A stretch of DNA of 64,000 nt from the NCBI RefSeq assembly GCF_003704095.1, contig NW_020844573.1, forward strand, positions 310,001 through 374,000, given 5' to 3'. Source of the DNA: Pocillopora damicornis (taxonomy: Eukaryota). The notes beneath the pieces are model-generated. The model was given only the letters and a program-made list of their open reading frames with translations. It was not told the DNA's origin and did no database searches. Position 1 is the stretch's first letter. Every line of letters starts with the position of its first letter. Below are positions 24,367 to 37,146 of this stretch, piece after piece. The position numbers were made by a program, and so were the translations under genes.

Positions 24367-25347
24367 TCACACTTTGGTTTCCATAATTTCCTCATTCTTC
24401 AGTGGTTGCAGGTCACGTCCAGGCTCAGTTTGTAACGTTATAAGTGATATCGGCGCCCTTGAGGACGCTTCATCCCCCTGGCCAGTTGCAGAATTTTCGC
24501 TGTTCACCACAGCTCGCTTGACCAAACAGCACCGAGATAAAGCTTGTCGAAACTGTGGTATTCTCAGTGTATACACAGCTGGATTTACAAATGCGTTGGC
24601 ATAATTAACAAAGTCGATTATAACAAGACATCTCCACGACATCATAAAGTTGGAATCTAATAGTAAAATTAAACTGGTAACAATAATATAAGGAAGCCAA
24701 CATAGTAATGCAAGGACAGAAACAAACAATAGAATCTTTGTCAGGCGTTTATTTTGTAAGTCCCTGTTTTGATGTTGCAAGCCTGCGACAATTCCTTGAA
24801 GTTGAAACTTTCTCCAGATAGCGATGTTACAACCGCATATGATAATCGCTGAGGTCGAACCGAGTGACAACAAAATATAGGGAAAAAGTTTTCGCAGGCT
24901 GGACATTTGAAATATGCAAGTATTAAGGAGAGCTAAAGTCCAGACTATGAAAATTACAATATAGTATGTTCGAGTCGTTAATGTTCGGTGTTTAAACGGC
25001 CAATATATAGCGTAAAACCTCTCACAAGAAATGAAGGTTGCAGATATTAATGACGCTTTCGTTGCAAGGATATCAGCGATTAAAAAGGGAACATTCAGGT
25101 CCAGAGTTTCAGTCCAAAGCTGATAATCGGATATACCAACCAAGTAAATGTAAAGGGGTAGAGATACAGCTCCCAACATCAGATCAGCAACCGCCATGTT
25201 GATGACAAGAACCAAACTTTTCTTACGAAGTCTTTTGTTTGCTGTAAAGAGGATAATAGTCAATAGATTTCCAATGACAATCAAGGCGGATGCTAATGTA
25301 AAAATACTGCACCAAACGATGCCTTCAGCCTCAGAGGGAAAAGCCAT
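24367..25347 (-). CDS. Single-exon class A GPCR, 326 aa (orphan)
   Basis: GN in TM1, MAVAD in TM2, CERF in TM3, CWLP in TM6, NAFVNPAVY in TM7. High similarity to the neighbouring frameshifted copy. A splice acceptor (tttttcacag) near 25489 suggests an upstream 5'UTR exon. Confidence 0.92.
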   Translation of the reverse strand: MAFPSEAEGIVWCSIFTLASALIVIGNLLTIILFTANKRLRKKSLVLVINMAVADLMLGAVSLPLYIYLVGISDYQLWTETLDLNVPFLIADILATKASLISATFISCERFYAIYWPFKHRTLTTRTYYIVIFIVWTLALLNTCIFQMSSLRKLFPYILLSLGSTSAIIICGCNIAIWRKFQLQGIVAGLQHQNRDLQNKRLTKILLFVSVLALLCWLPYIIVTSLILLLDSNFMMSWRCLVIIDFVNYANAFVNPAVYTLRIPQFRQALSRCCLVKRAVVNSENSATGQGDEASSRAPISLITLQTEPGRDLQPLKNEEIMETKV

Positions 25348-26727
25348 CGATGACCCACACTTATTGATGCTATTGACCGATATGTAATTTCTTGCTGACT
25401 TTGAACAAAACGATGAAAACGATTCACTTCGTTATCTGAAGTGAGCTTGTAAGCTTTGGGTTCACTCAAGACAGAGGGAGGCTTGCACTGTGAAAAATAA
25501 AACAAAATCTTCGTAACTGAAGCACGGTGAAGTTATTCCCTTTGTTGCAACAAAAGCTTCAGTCTATAGACCTTCGCGTATTAAATGGCTGCGACTCCTC
25601 ACAACGCTCGCAATTTAATGATTTTCCCTGTGATAGTATTTTGATTATTTCCTCTCTTTCTCTCTCATTCCGTTTGTTGGCTGGATCCACGACGGCAGAT
25701 TTCCATTCATGCATTCTAAGGTGGATTCCAACTGAAGAGGAGTCATATCGGTTGACTTCGTTCAGCTACATGGTTGCACGATAAAATTATGGAAGAAAAT
25801 GAATTTCTCGTCTCGGGAAGATATAATTTATTTTAAAATATAATTTCTCAATCTTGAAGTTTATTGTATACTCAGATGTTTTACAGGGTCATTCCGAGTC
25901 TTCAGCCATTTGGGAATTATGGATAAATCCCTCCTTCCCGCTCTCTATCTCGGTGTAACAAAACGTGCGTTTCGTGACTCTTAAATATTTTTTAACGAAA
26001 CAGATCATATTAAGTTTCATCGACGGGCTTAGCACAAAGAAGTCATACACTGAACGACGATTTTTTCAGTCTATCAATAAATGAAATTAATTACGCAAAT
26101 ATTTCAACTGATAGAAAGCGTATTGATGAAAAGATATAAGCAACGTTTTGATACAACTTTACAAATAAATTCAAAGTGAGAGAATAAAACCCGTTACCTT
26201 TGTGGACCAAAAAAGTTTCAAACAGTTCCACTGCAAAATAAATAGCACTGAATTCTGAGTCCAATAGATCCATGTGAATAATTAGTTTAATGGCCCAGGT
26301 GTTTTAAAAAAACTGAGTTGAGTAAACATACACTGCTTGGGCCAAATTAAGTGCGATTATACGCTGAGTTTTCATGGATGTACATCAGCTCAAAGATAAA
26401 ATTTTCGTAGATCGAAACTCAGCTATCGCACTACTGCGCTGCAGTGTTTGTTTCACTACACAAAGTTGCTGTTGTTAAAACAGACCTCGAAATTAATTAG
26501 CTATTGATTCACAAAGAACTATTAGAAGCACCGTCATTGTTTTTGTTTGTTCAAATGGAAAAAAATGACGCTTTTTTCGCATTAGTTAACCTTTCAATTG
26601 TTTTAGTTTTTATTTTGAGCTAAAAACGCACGTAATGATGATGTCGAAACGTCAGGTGTTTTCGCCTATTCTTTTCAATTCCTGAATTAATCTCTGAATA
26701 TACATTGATTAATATACAGAAAAAAAT

Positions 26728-26843
26728 GGTAAAATTTCCGCACAGCTCCATCATACATTCAGTTCTTGGCTAGAGAAAACAATGACAAAAACAATACATT
26801 TCCATTGGAAAAACAGATTTGTACTAGTGCGGAAATTTTACCG
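26728..26843. mobile_element. Small MITE-like inverted repeat upstream of the hexosaminidase gene
   Basis: ggtaaaatttccgcac ... gtgcggaaattttacc, a perfect 16-bp inverted repeat. Confidence 0.6.
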
Positions 26844-27102
26844 AAAAAATAATCAAGCGATATAAACTAACGCTCCACCCTTTGCTTAATTTTGTCCCAT
26901 GCCCTCGCGCGTCCATAGCTTCAACGGCTAACATGATCAGTCTATATGATCCATACATGAAAGGACTAACTTTGTTTCATTTTACTGCTGATTGTAAAGA
27001 ACGGCGGGCTCTAGGTAAGATTGGTCCCAGATCGGGAGACAGTTCGGAATGAAATCATCCGTACTCTGAAAGTTCGATCGTTCATTTTAACAGCTGGCTT
27101 TC

Positions 27103-30100
27103 ATGAATATAATGCGAATCAACTACACTAACGTTGGAATAATTTTTTCGCTCGTGGTTGTGCTTTATATCTTTTACAAACTATCGCACTCCTCTTCAGA
27201 AAGAAACCCTCTGCCTGCAAGTGTCACCCCACGGACCAGCAACAAGCTTCCTACAGGTGGGCTAAGTTCTCAGCTTAATCTGAACAGTTCATGATAATTT
27301 TTGTTACTTCCACTAAAGTTTATTGCACGGGCCAAAAATTTCTTTCGTCTCCCGAGAGTGGTTACATTAACATTTTTCTCACCATAATTGAAGCTCAGTT
27401 GTAAATGGCGCTGTTCCGTCGTCAACTTCACCGAAGTGCGTCGCGAAATCGAAGAAAACTTTTCGGTTTTTTAAGAAAATTAATTTTTTAGACACCAAAC
27501 CTTCACCTAATGTAAGTTATTATGTTCACTTGTGATTAATGCTGTGTAAATTTGCATCAGAAGCACTTCCACACCCAGGAGTTTCACAGCCATAAGTACC
27601 CCACCCAGCGGTGAACAGAACATTGCTACATGCACAGGTTCCCAAAAAGCTTAAGGATTGCAATTCCAGTAATAATCTAGCTTTACTTCCCTGTACATCA
27701 GTGGAAGTAAAATGATATTAAAAACGAACCACATTTGAACATTTTGATTTGTTTTTTATTTAATTATTATTTTAGTTTGAAGCCCAATGGTTCTAGCATA
27801 TGAAAGGCATTATTATACAATTATTATGGTAGATGTTCTATCAGACTGCATTTTCAATTTCTCCTTAGAATCTTCAATAGATTTAAAATCACTAGCCAGT
27901 ATTGCAAAAGGTGGGTTGTTTGATGTCAGTCTGAGGCAAGCTCAAGAAACTATAGAGGCTCTTCAAAAGCAGCTTGCAGAAGCAGAAGTATCAAGAGACA
28001 CAGTCCAGAAAAAAGACATGGAAACTGTCAAAAGAAAGTTAGTTCTCATCCCTTTCTTCAGACTGTATCAAATATGTTCAGTGAGAGAAATTTAAACCGA
28101 GTTCTTTTTGCAAATTATGATATAAATATAGGCAGCCTGTGAAAACAGTATTTCCAGTGGCATATTTGCTCATGCATTGAATTTAGACTAGTTGTTTGTT
28201 AGTGGCAGGAAATTTTTGTTATTTAATAAGTTCTCTTGACTAAATTTTGACCTTCATTGTTTAAGTGTATTGCTGAACCTCTTTCACTCGCATGATATCA
28301 TTAGCAATTCTCCCTACTGTCTGCCATACAATTGTTATGTTTACTTATTAAATTACTGTAATGGAGAATTTGGTATTGGATCAATTAACAGTCCCCTAAT
28401 CCATCCAATTGATATATATTTTTTATATTCTTATTACTTATTTGCGTGATATTGTATTGATATTGTAAGAAGAAGTTACATTTAGTTCACTCATGACAAT
28501 TAAAGGGTCAATTATCAATTATGCAGTTTGATGACCATAAAAGTGATATTTGTTATCAATTTTGAATCTCCAGATTTAGTGGTCACAAACTTGTTCATTT
28601 GGATTTGAAGGGAGCACCAACAAAAATGACTTTTCTGATACAGGTATCATATACTGATTGAAGCAACTTCATGCACCTTACATATAAAAAGAGAAATCTA
28701 TATGTAATAATTACAGATGAGAAATGTATGTGTTATTATCCAGTAATATGCTTGAAAACATGTTTGGAAACAGGTTTGCTAATTATGGCCTATTCAGTTT
28801 TATCCATTTGGTACCTGCCCCTCTCTCCCTGTATGGAATCAGGGTACTATACTTGCAGAATATAAATTTACATGACCATATTACCAGGTTCACAAAAAAT
28901 GTTTTAAAACGGTTAAATCAACACTGCTGACCAGCTGAATTATACCTACAAAATTAATTAGTTAATTCTAATTATGAAATAACTGATATTTTTTTACAAG
29001 ATTTAATAATTACTTGCCAGTAACAATATATCATAAAATGTGATATCTGTCATTAATTTTGATAATTATAAATTGAATATTATCAATTTGTAAACCTGTG
29101 TAGGTGCTGCCATATTTTAAGAAGTGGGGAGCAACTGGTTTGCTGGTTGAGTATGAAGATATGTTTCCCTACAAGGCAGAATATGAAGTCTTACAGGCTA
29201 AAAACTCATACAGGTAAATGCTGTTTATAACTGTAAGAAAAAGATGTGTAGTAAATTCCTATTTAGATTACCTTATCATTTAGACATGTGCATTTGAAGA
29301 TTCCTTGCTGTTGATATCAAACCTGAAGAAAGTTTATGGGTACTATGGTTTTGCACATTGTGATTAATCATCAGTTCTCTCCTCTAGCTGCTAACTCATT
29401 TTCTTGGAAATTGGTTGCGAAAAATTGGTGTTAGACCAAGATATCAACTTCTTCCTGATATGCTCTAGTGTTCTCACAACTTGTTTGCTGGATATTGTAT
29501 GGATGTTATAGTGAGAATTTGCATGTTAATCACCTCTGGGAGTTAAAGGATTAAAAAAAATTATAATTTGATTTTGTATTTGCAGTGAAGCTGAAATTAA
29601 ACAGTTGCTGGAGACAGCAGCAGCAAATGATCTTATTATAATTCCACTGGTACAGACATTTGGTCATCTGGAGGTAAAGTCAATATAAATATTCAAATAA
29701 ATACTTTTTCCTAGCAATTTCAGTTAATTCTTTTAGCAGCCAGTGAAGCTCTGATGATTGCAATAAGTATCTCAATACTTTAGGGTGGATGAGTAGTCCC
29801 CAGCAACTTGGTAATTTTAAGTTTACAATAATGTATTATAGCCTCTACTTGGTTTAAAAATTCGTTTTGATATTTGTGTGCAGACATTATCTGTTCCAGG
29901 AAGCAAACAATTTTTTAAAAGCAAAAAAACCAGGACCAATTTTCTGAATCTTTTTAAATTTAATCTACGCACTTGTACATCATGCAGTAGTAACTTTTTT
30001 TCAATAGTTAATTTTTTCATTTTAATAAAAAAAAAACTATTTTTATTCTTGCTTTTTTTTAAGTAAACCACACATGTGTAATTATATGTACATAATCTGT

Positions 30101-33100
30101 TGTAAAATTTACCTTCCTTTCCATTCAGTTTGTCTTGAAGCACAAGGAGTTTGCCTATCTTCGTGAAACAGAACACTACACTAATTCATTATGCCCAAAT
30201 AACAAAGGTTAGTAATACAAATTGGGAAAATAAAACCAAATGGTATGTTCGTGTGAATTGCCACCAACTTGAAGAATTAACAAATAAGTACATAATATTG
30301 GTTAATTTTGTATAACATCTGTTCTAGACTCTGTTCCAATGGTTATAGAACTCATTGATCAAGTTCTAGCTCTCCATCCTGGTTTGCAGTGGTTTCATAT
30401 TGGAGGAGATGAGGTGATTTGATATCTACTGTTGCTATATATTGAGTAACTTTTCAGGGCACAGAAGGTCATTACACATGGCTGTACTGTTAAAATTTTT
30501 ATATTTAAAGTCGGCTTTCTGCTTGATGCAATGTTACAACTTCCCTTAAATCAAATCCAAATACAGAACAATAAGAACTTCCATTATTCACAAAGAGTGC
30601 CAGAGCAGGGCAAAATAGCAGACTGAAATTTTAATGCCAGGCTATTTGGCTCTGGAAATGGCATGCAGTGTTACAAACGACTTTGAATGTACTCAGTTCC
30701 GAGGGCTCTGCATGGAGACAGGCAAATTACATGTAGCAAGTTGAGGGCATTTGATAGTAGTCACCAACCTAATTTGAAAACTTAGCACAGGAAACTTTTC
30801 ATAACAAGAATTAAAACTACTGCATTTTCATATTGGTCTTTTTTTTTTTTTTTTTTTTCCAATCAGGTGTGGAATCTCAAGACATGCCCTGTCTGTCTTA
30901 AAGATGCACGGAATAAATCTGAATTGTTTGTGCATCACATGAAACCCATTCTCAAACACTTGCAAGGCAAGAAGGTAACACCAATCATGTGGGATGACAT
31001 GATGAGGTACTGGCCTCTGGAATACTTGAAAGGTAAAGAACTATTGGATGGATTTACACTAATGGGAGGTTTGGAATAAACCTTACTGCCCAACTTTTCA
31101 GTTGTCCTTTTTGTTTTGACTGTGATAAATGATGACTTTTTATTTGCCACAGTGGTGAATAGTGCTCTCTGCATGCGGTGATTGCAAAGACTATTCCCCT
31201 CCAAGCAGACGAAGAGAGAAAATTGCACATTAAGGGTTAAATTTCTGTCCGTTGTTTATTGAAAACAAGAAATAGAATGTAAACTAAACATGGTTCTGTG
31301 TGGTATATTCTGAAACTGTTATTCACCTCAGTGTTGCTGAAAGTGGTGGTTATTTACCTCCACTTTGGTGAATAATTTTATGTTATTATCTTTTGAATTA
31401 TATTTTCTTCTCATTTTGTTTGACAGAGCTTGGTCCTCTTGTTGAGCCAATGGTCTGGGCCTACAGATCTGATCTCACTGGCTATTTTCCTCCTGGTAAA
31501 ACTTTAAGTAGAATTTGTTGTTGTTATTGTTAAATCAGAGCAGACCTGCCTTTTCAAAGGCCATGTTGTTACAACTGTTTTGTCCCAGCTGATGGGTCAT
31601 ATGTTCACTTTTATTGAAGCTCTACTCAGCTACCAAGGTGCATCCTCAATGCCAAGTCAAACCCTTGAGAATGGCTAAGTTTTGTGGAATCAAAAGAGCT
31701 TGTTCGAGTTACCAGCCTTAACATTGCACTTATAGACAATTTGGCCAGAATATTTTTTGGTTGTAGACAATCAGAGCATAAACATGCCTACTTCACAAAA
31801 TTCATTTTCCTTGGCCAAACCATCATCATGAAATTCTTTCAACCAATTGAAATCTATTTGAGTCATGTTGATCAAGTTTGGAGGGTGCGCTATGTGTAAA
31901 TGTAAATTATGTTTTGCTGTTGCTGTGAGCTTTCTAAGTCTTTGCCTTTGATATTCTTAAGATATGTGGCAGAGATATGGTAAAGCCTTTAAGAAGATTT
32001 GGGCTGCAAGTGCCTTTAAAGGTAACATGAATTTGACTTATGCATTAACTTGAATCAGATAACTTTATCCTGTATGAAGACAACTTTTTATTATAAAAAT
32101 GGACAAATTTTGGAGAATCATCAATTTCTTTTTGAAGACATTAGTATATCAGTCTTTAGAATTATATATGAAAATTTGTGACTTAATTCCACAGTTTTAG
32201 ATTACAAAGAGTTCATAAAACATCAAAAATTTTCTTCAGATTTGCTCAAAATGCAACTACAGACCCTGCCAGGTTGAAAGAAGCTCAGTAACTTAGTCAC
32301 TTGTGAATTAAGTTACAGAGTTCAATGCTTATGTGTTTTATTACATCCTGTGAACATATTACCTCCTGGAAGCAAACAAAGAGATATTGAGTTGTAGGTG
32401 TTATTTAATTGTTACTTCTGCTAAAAATTTTCTTCCTTAAGGAGCCACTCACCCATGGAGCAACTTTGTTCCAATTGGATTTCATGTTCAAAACAATTTA
32501 TACTGGTTGGATATCATTTCCAAGTTACCATCCACTCTAGAAGTAAATGGTGTAGCCCTGACTGGCTGGAGCAGGTATGTAATGCAGTATGATTGTGCAA
32601 TGTCATTATTCAATTATTGTTTTATCCCTTTAACTCCCAAGATCTGATTGTAAATTCTCCCCTCTAGCTGCTACACATTTCCTTGTAAATTGGTTACAAG
32701 AATTTGATGTTTGATCAAAGGTAATAACTTGTATCTGATGAGTTTAAGTATTCTCACTACCTGTTTGCTGGATAGTGGATGGATATTGTTGGGAGAGGTT
32801 ACATGTTAATCACTTCTGGGAATTTAAGGGTTAAGTGTGTCAAGGGGTGGTTAGTGCCAACTCTGTTCTGTTAACTCTTGGCAATCTAATATCAGTAAGA
32901 TAATTCTTCATACTGTTCTCTGTACATTTCCTAAGGTGCTGACAAGGAGAATTTGCTTAACAATCAAGAGATTCTCTAGTTGTTGATCATTTCCTTTATT
33001 CTTGAGAGCTTGATGTGTGATTCAAGGGTGATACTGTAGGAGAAATTAGATGCTTGTCACTCGTAGGGCTCCAAGGGTTAACAATATTGCATTATTGCAA

Positions 33101-36100
33101 GTTTGTATATTTTATTTTTAAATCTTACCGTATAATCATCCTGTTTTGGGGCCATCATAATAACATAGTTATATCCCTCTGCTAAGGAATTAGCAATTCT
33201 GAGTCAGTTATGCCCACAGGCCCACAATCCTGTCAGCAGGTTTAAGAAATGCCAGCCTGGAGAATGGCAAAACTTATTACATGCCAAGAGACCAATTCCT
33301 GGTTAAGAATATCTTACAAACTTTCTTAAATTGAAGTCTTAAAAACTCTTGAGAGACATAATCACTTGAGAACGGCTGTTAGAGCAGCTGGATTGGTATG
33401 CTATAAAAGTGATAATTTTTTTTTTTTCACTCTCTTTTTGTAGATATGATCACTATGCCACTTTATGCGAGCTTCTTCCAGCAGCTCTTCCTTCATTGGC
33501 ATTTTGCCTTGGAGCATTGAGTGAAGGTACATGTTGTAATCATTTCCTAAATTTACACATCTTAGAGCACTGGTGTGTCTAAAGTAATCCAAAATTGGAT
33601 TAGTTTTAATAAACTTTGCTCAATGATTGAATAAGTAAATGGCACCACCTTATCTGATCAACTAATTAGGTTCAAAATTAAAACCTTTTTTCTCATTGGC
33701 TGTTTTTACCTTGCGTTCTCATTTGCTTTTTTTACCTTGGTTCTCATTGGTTGTTTTACCTTGTCTTCTCGTCGGCCTCTTGTGATATTTTTCTTTCTCC
33801 TGATTGCCGTCGATATTAGATTGGTTTTGGTTTTATGACGCTAAATTGAAAAACGCTCTAACAACCCTTGGCCATGTATCACTAAGAATTTTGCCACTCG
33901 CGTTGTCCTCCGCCGATAGTCTATGTTTTTACATTGAGTGTTCATTGCCTTGTGATATTTTTCTTGTGTTCTTCTTGGCCTCAATGATTGCTTTGGGTTC
34001 GGTTTTACAACATTCAGTGATTGCTCGAAGTCTATTCAGAGGATTGCTCAGGATTTTGTTTCGAGGATAAATTAGTGAAGTATTGACTTCCTTCAAACGA
34101 ACCAGGCCTGAAACATATCGCCTCCGTCTTTTAACAATTCAGGTTATATGGATGAGGAACTTAAAAAAGTGATAGCAAAAGGACTGGGGCTTCCTGAAAC
34201 ATTCCCTCTCAATGTGGAGAGATTTAATAGCAAGTAAGATGAAATGTTTCATAAACGAGGACAAGTGTTTCATCAGGGTTTCCAAACACGAGAAAACTGA
34301 TGAAAGCACGAGGCCGAAGGCCGAATGCTTTTATTGTTTTCGAGTGTTTGGAAATCCTGATGAAACACGAAGCTTGAGTTTATGAAATGGCTTCTCAAAA
34401 GGGCCTAATTTATTAACAATAAACACAAAAACAGAAAGACCACTTAAATAGTCAGTTTTTGTTTTCTTTTGTTTCATTATCGCATGTGCATAGTTGTTAG
34501 TCTGCGTCATGAAAGGTGTTGTGTTTTTTCACATCTTCGCCTCTGAAAGTGTTTTGCTTTTTCATCATATAAAACAAATAGATTCCATGTTGCGGTGGTC
34601 TGCTCAGAAATAGATCACAGATGACGTCAAAATGTGATATGGACATCACTGCCATATTTTTGTTCTTACCACTTTTAAACTTTATCTTAAATCTATTACT
34701 AAACAGATGCAAGGCAAAATGTAACCTATTTATTAAATAGTCAACGTTGTACGGGTGCCTTGCAGAGGATTTGGTCGAGGATACGGCAGACCACCTTAAC
34801 TTCCGGTTCTGTCCATAGGTTTCATCCGGCGGAAGGAACGTTTCCAGGTCATGAACTATACACACTTGTTTCCCACCTGGAGAAGGCAGTGTTCTTTACA
34901 AGAGGTGTTGGGAACATGTAAGTTTAAAACTTTATGGAAGCGTTCTTGAGTTGGAGTTGAGCGTACCCATTCCGTCTTCAGGGCTCACAAAAATATAATG
35001 ATAATAACGTCTCGTCGCAGAGAAGTGGATTCCGCTGAAAAAAAGAGCTTCTTTCCGTGTTCCTGTGGGACACGCCATATGTCAATCAAATACAAACGAG
35101 AAAGCGGGATATCAGATAATTTGGTCAGTGTCTGAGAAACTGCGTACCTGCTCCTCCCTTAACCCAACATTAACCCTAACTTGTTATCAGGTGATTGTTG
35201 TTGTGTTACGAGAGGGGTAGGTGTGCAATTGTTCAGGTGCTGAAATTGATCCGATTGTTTCAGCTATGATAGGGCGTGGTGTCAAAACAGCTCGACGGCG
35301 TTACTCATAGAGCATTTTGATATTAGGGCCGGAAATTGAGACCCCAGAAAACCAACTTAGCACTTCACAACATCTCAGCCACGTTGCAGCTGAGTCCCTG
35401 ATTACAATCGCTTTCGTTTTCCTATTCTGTACTTTTAAATAAGCCAACAGAAAACAAACAAAACACACACAAACAAGGAAACAAACTAACAAAATGCTTG
35501 ATGCATTGATCTTATCTTCGTATATTGTAGAGAGCAAGGCTGGTTGCTAGACCGTGAAGTACAAAACAAGTTTCTAAGTTATTTTCAAGTGGAGATGGCG
35601 TATAACAGAACAATGAAGTAAGAAGCCTTTTATGCTGCTAAACTTTAGAATGGTATTCTCTTTCTTCAATTGATATAAACTATCATTGATTGGGTGATTA
35701 TTCAATTTAGCAAGTTTTTTTTTATCAGCTGTGGGCTGTCTCTACATTGGCTAGCGCTAGACACAGTGAGGCATTGGCTTACTGGTCAGCGTACTGGACA
35801 CTCTTAGGAGAGGTCTGGGTTCGAGCCTTAAAGAGCCTTGTCATGTTTTGTTCTTCAGCGAGATACTTTTCTCTCTCCTTGTCCCTCCCCTCCCAAGGGC
35901 CACTACTCCTTCTAAAACTGATATTATTAGAACTGGCTTTAAATTTCTATTTTGTTTCTCCAGAGCGTTACAGATTCTAAGATCGGTGCAGTCCAAGGTA
36001 CCAAAAGTTTTTAATCCAGTCTACGACGATAGTGTGGTGAAAGAATGGACCAAGGACAAAATAGATGATGGCATCAATCATTTGAACGGCGTTAAACCCA

Positions 36101-36177
36101 GATTAGAAGAGTTGAGAAAAATAGCTTCTGGGAAAGGAGAAAAACAAGAAAAATCCACAGTGAAAGAAAAAAGCTAA
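27103..36177 (+). CDS. HEXD: Hexosaminidase D-like GH20 beta-N-acetylhexosaminidase with an N-terminal type II membrane anchor (16 exons)
   Basis: Exons 27103-27256, 27869-28037, 28574-28643 (VHLDLKGAP), 29104-29213 (GATGLLVEYEDMFPY), 29586-29673 (IPLVQTFGHLE), 30129-30207, 30328-30413 (HIGGDE catalytic motif), 30867-31032 (MWDDM), 31427-31495 (EPMVWAY), 31962-32021 (WAASAFKG), 32442-32574 (LTGWSR), 33444-33526 (YDHYATLCELLP), 34143-34233, 34819-34917, 35531-35617, 35964-36177. All phases are consistent. Confidence 0.92.
32622..32834. mobile_element. ~210-bp MITE with piggyBac-type TTAA-CCC...GGG-TTAA ends
   Basis: ttatccctttaactcccaaga ... tctgggaatttaagggttaa. Partial copies lie at about 29375-29555 and 28276-28510. 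Confidence 0.72.
32871..33081. mobile_element. Second TTAA-ended MITE (different subfamily) immediately adjacent
   Basis: ttaactcttgg ... ccaagggttaa. The interior (ctgacaaggagaatttg.ttaacaatcaagag) is shared with 9605-9741, 42472-42620, 47586-47786 and 49316-49368. Confidence 0.7.
34247..34387. repeat. Long palindromic hairpin element in a HEXD-like intron
   Basis: tttcataaac..gtgtttcatcagggtttccaaacac ... gtgtttggaaatcctgatgaaacac..gtttatgaaa, with a central ggccgaaggcc stem-loop. Confidence 0.75.
34570..34740. repeat. Interspersed repeat also present at about 48145-48420
   Basis: Shared acaaatagattccatgt.gc..tgg.tctg....g.aa.agatcaca sequence. Confidence 0.6.
35125..35252. mobile_element. 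Small palindromic MITE-like repeat with taaccc motifs
   Basis: tcagtgtctgagaaactgcgtacct.ctcc ... ggggtaggtgtgcaattgttcaggtgctga form imperfect inverted arms. Confidence 0.5.
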
Positions 36178-36964
36178 GAAGCAGCACTATATTTTACACA
36201 AGAATTACAAAAAAGAAAGACTGGACCTAAGTGAGGGATTATCATGTAGGAAAGAGAGAGGGGCTTTTAGTTGGTGTCCAATCCCTCTCTTTGAACATAT
36301 AGAGTGATAACTAACCAAAACAACCTGCAATGGATAAGGGGGGGGGGGGGGGGGTATGAGGAGATAATTTGGTTTTTTCAACTTAGTTGATCATGTAAAT
36401 TGGCCACCTTCCAACAAAGTTGAATTTTGTGCGCTTTGTACACTTAACTAAGACGTGGTGACTATAGGGGGAAGTGAGGTTCAGTTTCTGCGCCTGAATT
36501 GGCAAAAAGTGGTCTTTTGTAAAATATTTGGATATAGGACGTGTTCTCAATCATTTTCCCAAAGAGATTTGCCAGTTAGACGCTAAGGGAGGACCCTACC
36601 CAAGGTTCTGCCGCGAAAGTCAAGCTAAGGGTGAATATAGAAAAAGAAACTTACCGCTACTGTATTTAAAACAAACAAACAAAAGGCATTTTCTTCACGT
36701 TGTCTGGGAATAGTGCTTAGCAAGGTGACTTGGTAGTTTTGATGTCAGTAGATTATTCAGTCTTCTGTTCAACCCGGCTTAATTGATTCAGTCTATGAGA
36801 AGGGTTTGTTACGTGCTCATTTGAAGGTTTGTAACGTTTTAGAGAAAAACTTTCAGTCGCAGATATAGCCTTGAAAGGTTCAGTTTTAAATTTTATTTGC
36901 GAGTGTTGTAAATAATTAAAGGAAATAGTTTTTTTTTAACGAGGCTGTTGTCATTTTTATTGTT

Positions 36965-37146
36965 GTGATAGTGTAGTCGGATGGTCAGGGTGGGTGTTAA
37001 AGTCTGGTTCGTATAAACTCATTGGTTTGTTTTGCTACGATGTTATTGGCTGTAAGACTCAAGTAGCATAAGTCTGTCGTAATTGATCTGTTTCGATCCA
37101 GGTCGTTCGGACTACACCCACTTAGACGATCAGACTACACTATCAC
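36965..37146. mobile_element. Short element with inverted termini
   Basis: gtgatagtgtagtcggatggtc ... gacgatcagactacactatcac. Confidence 0.55.

Noticed and set aside
34296-34345. ctgatga...hairpin as a hammerhead ribozyme
   Set aside because: No GAAA core follows the stem; explained by the palindromic element.
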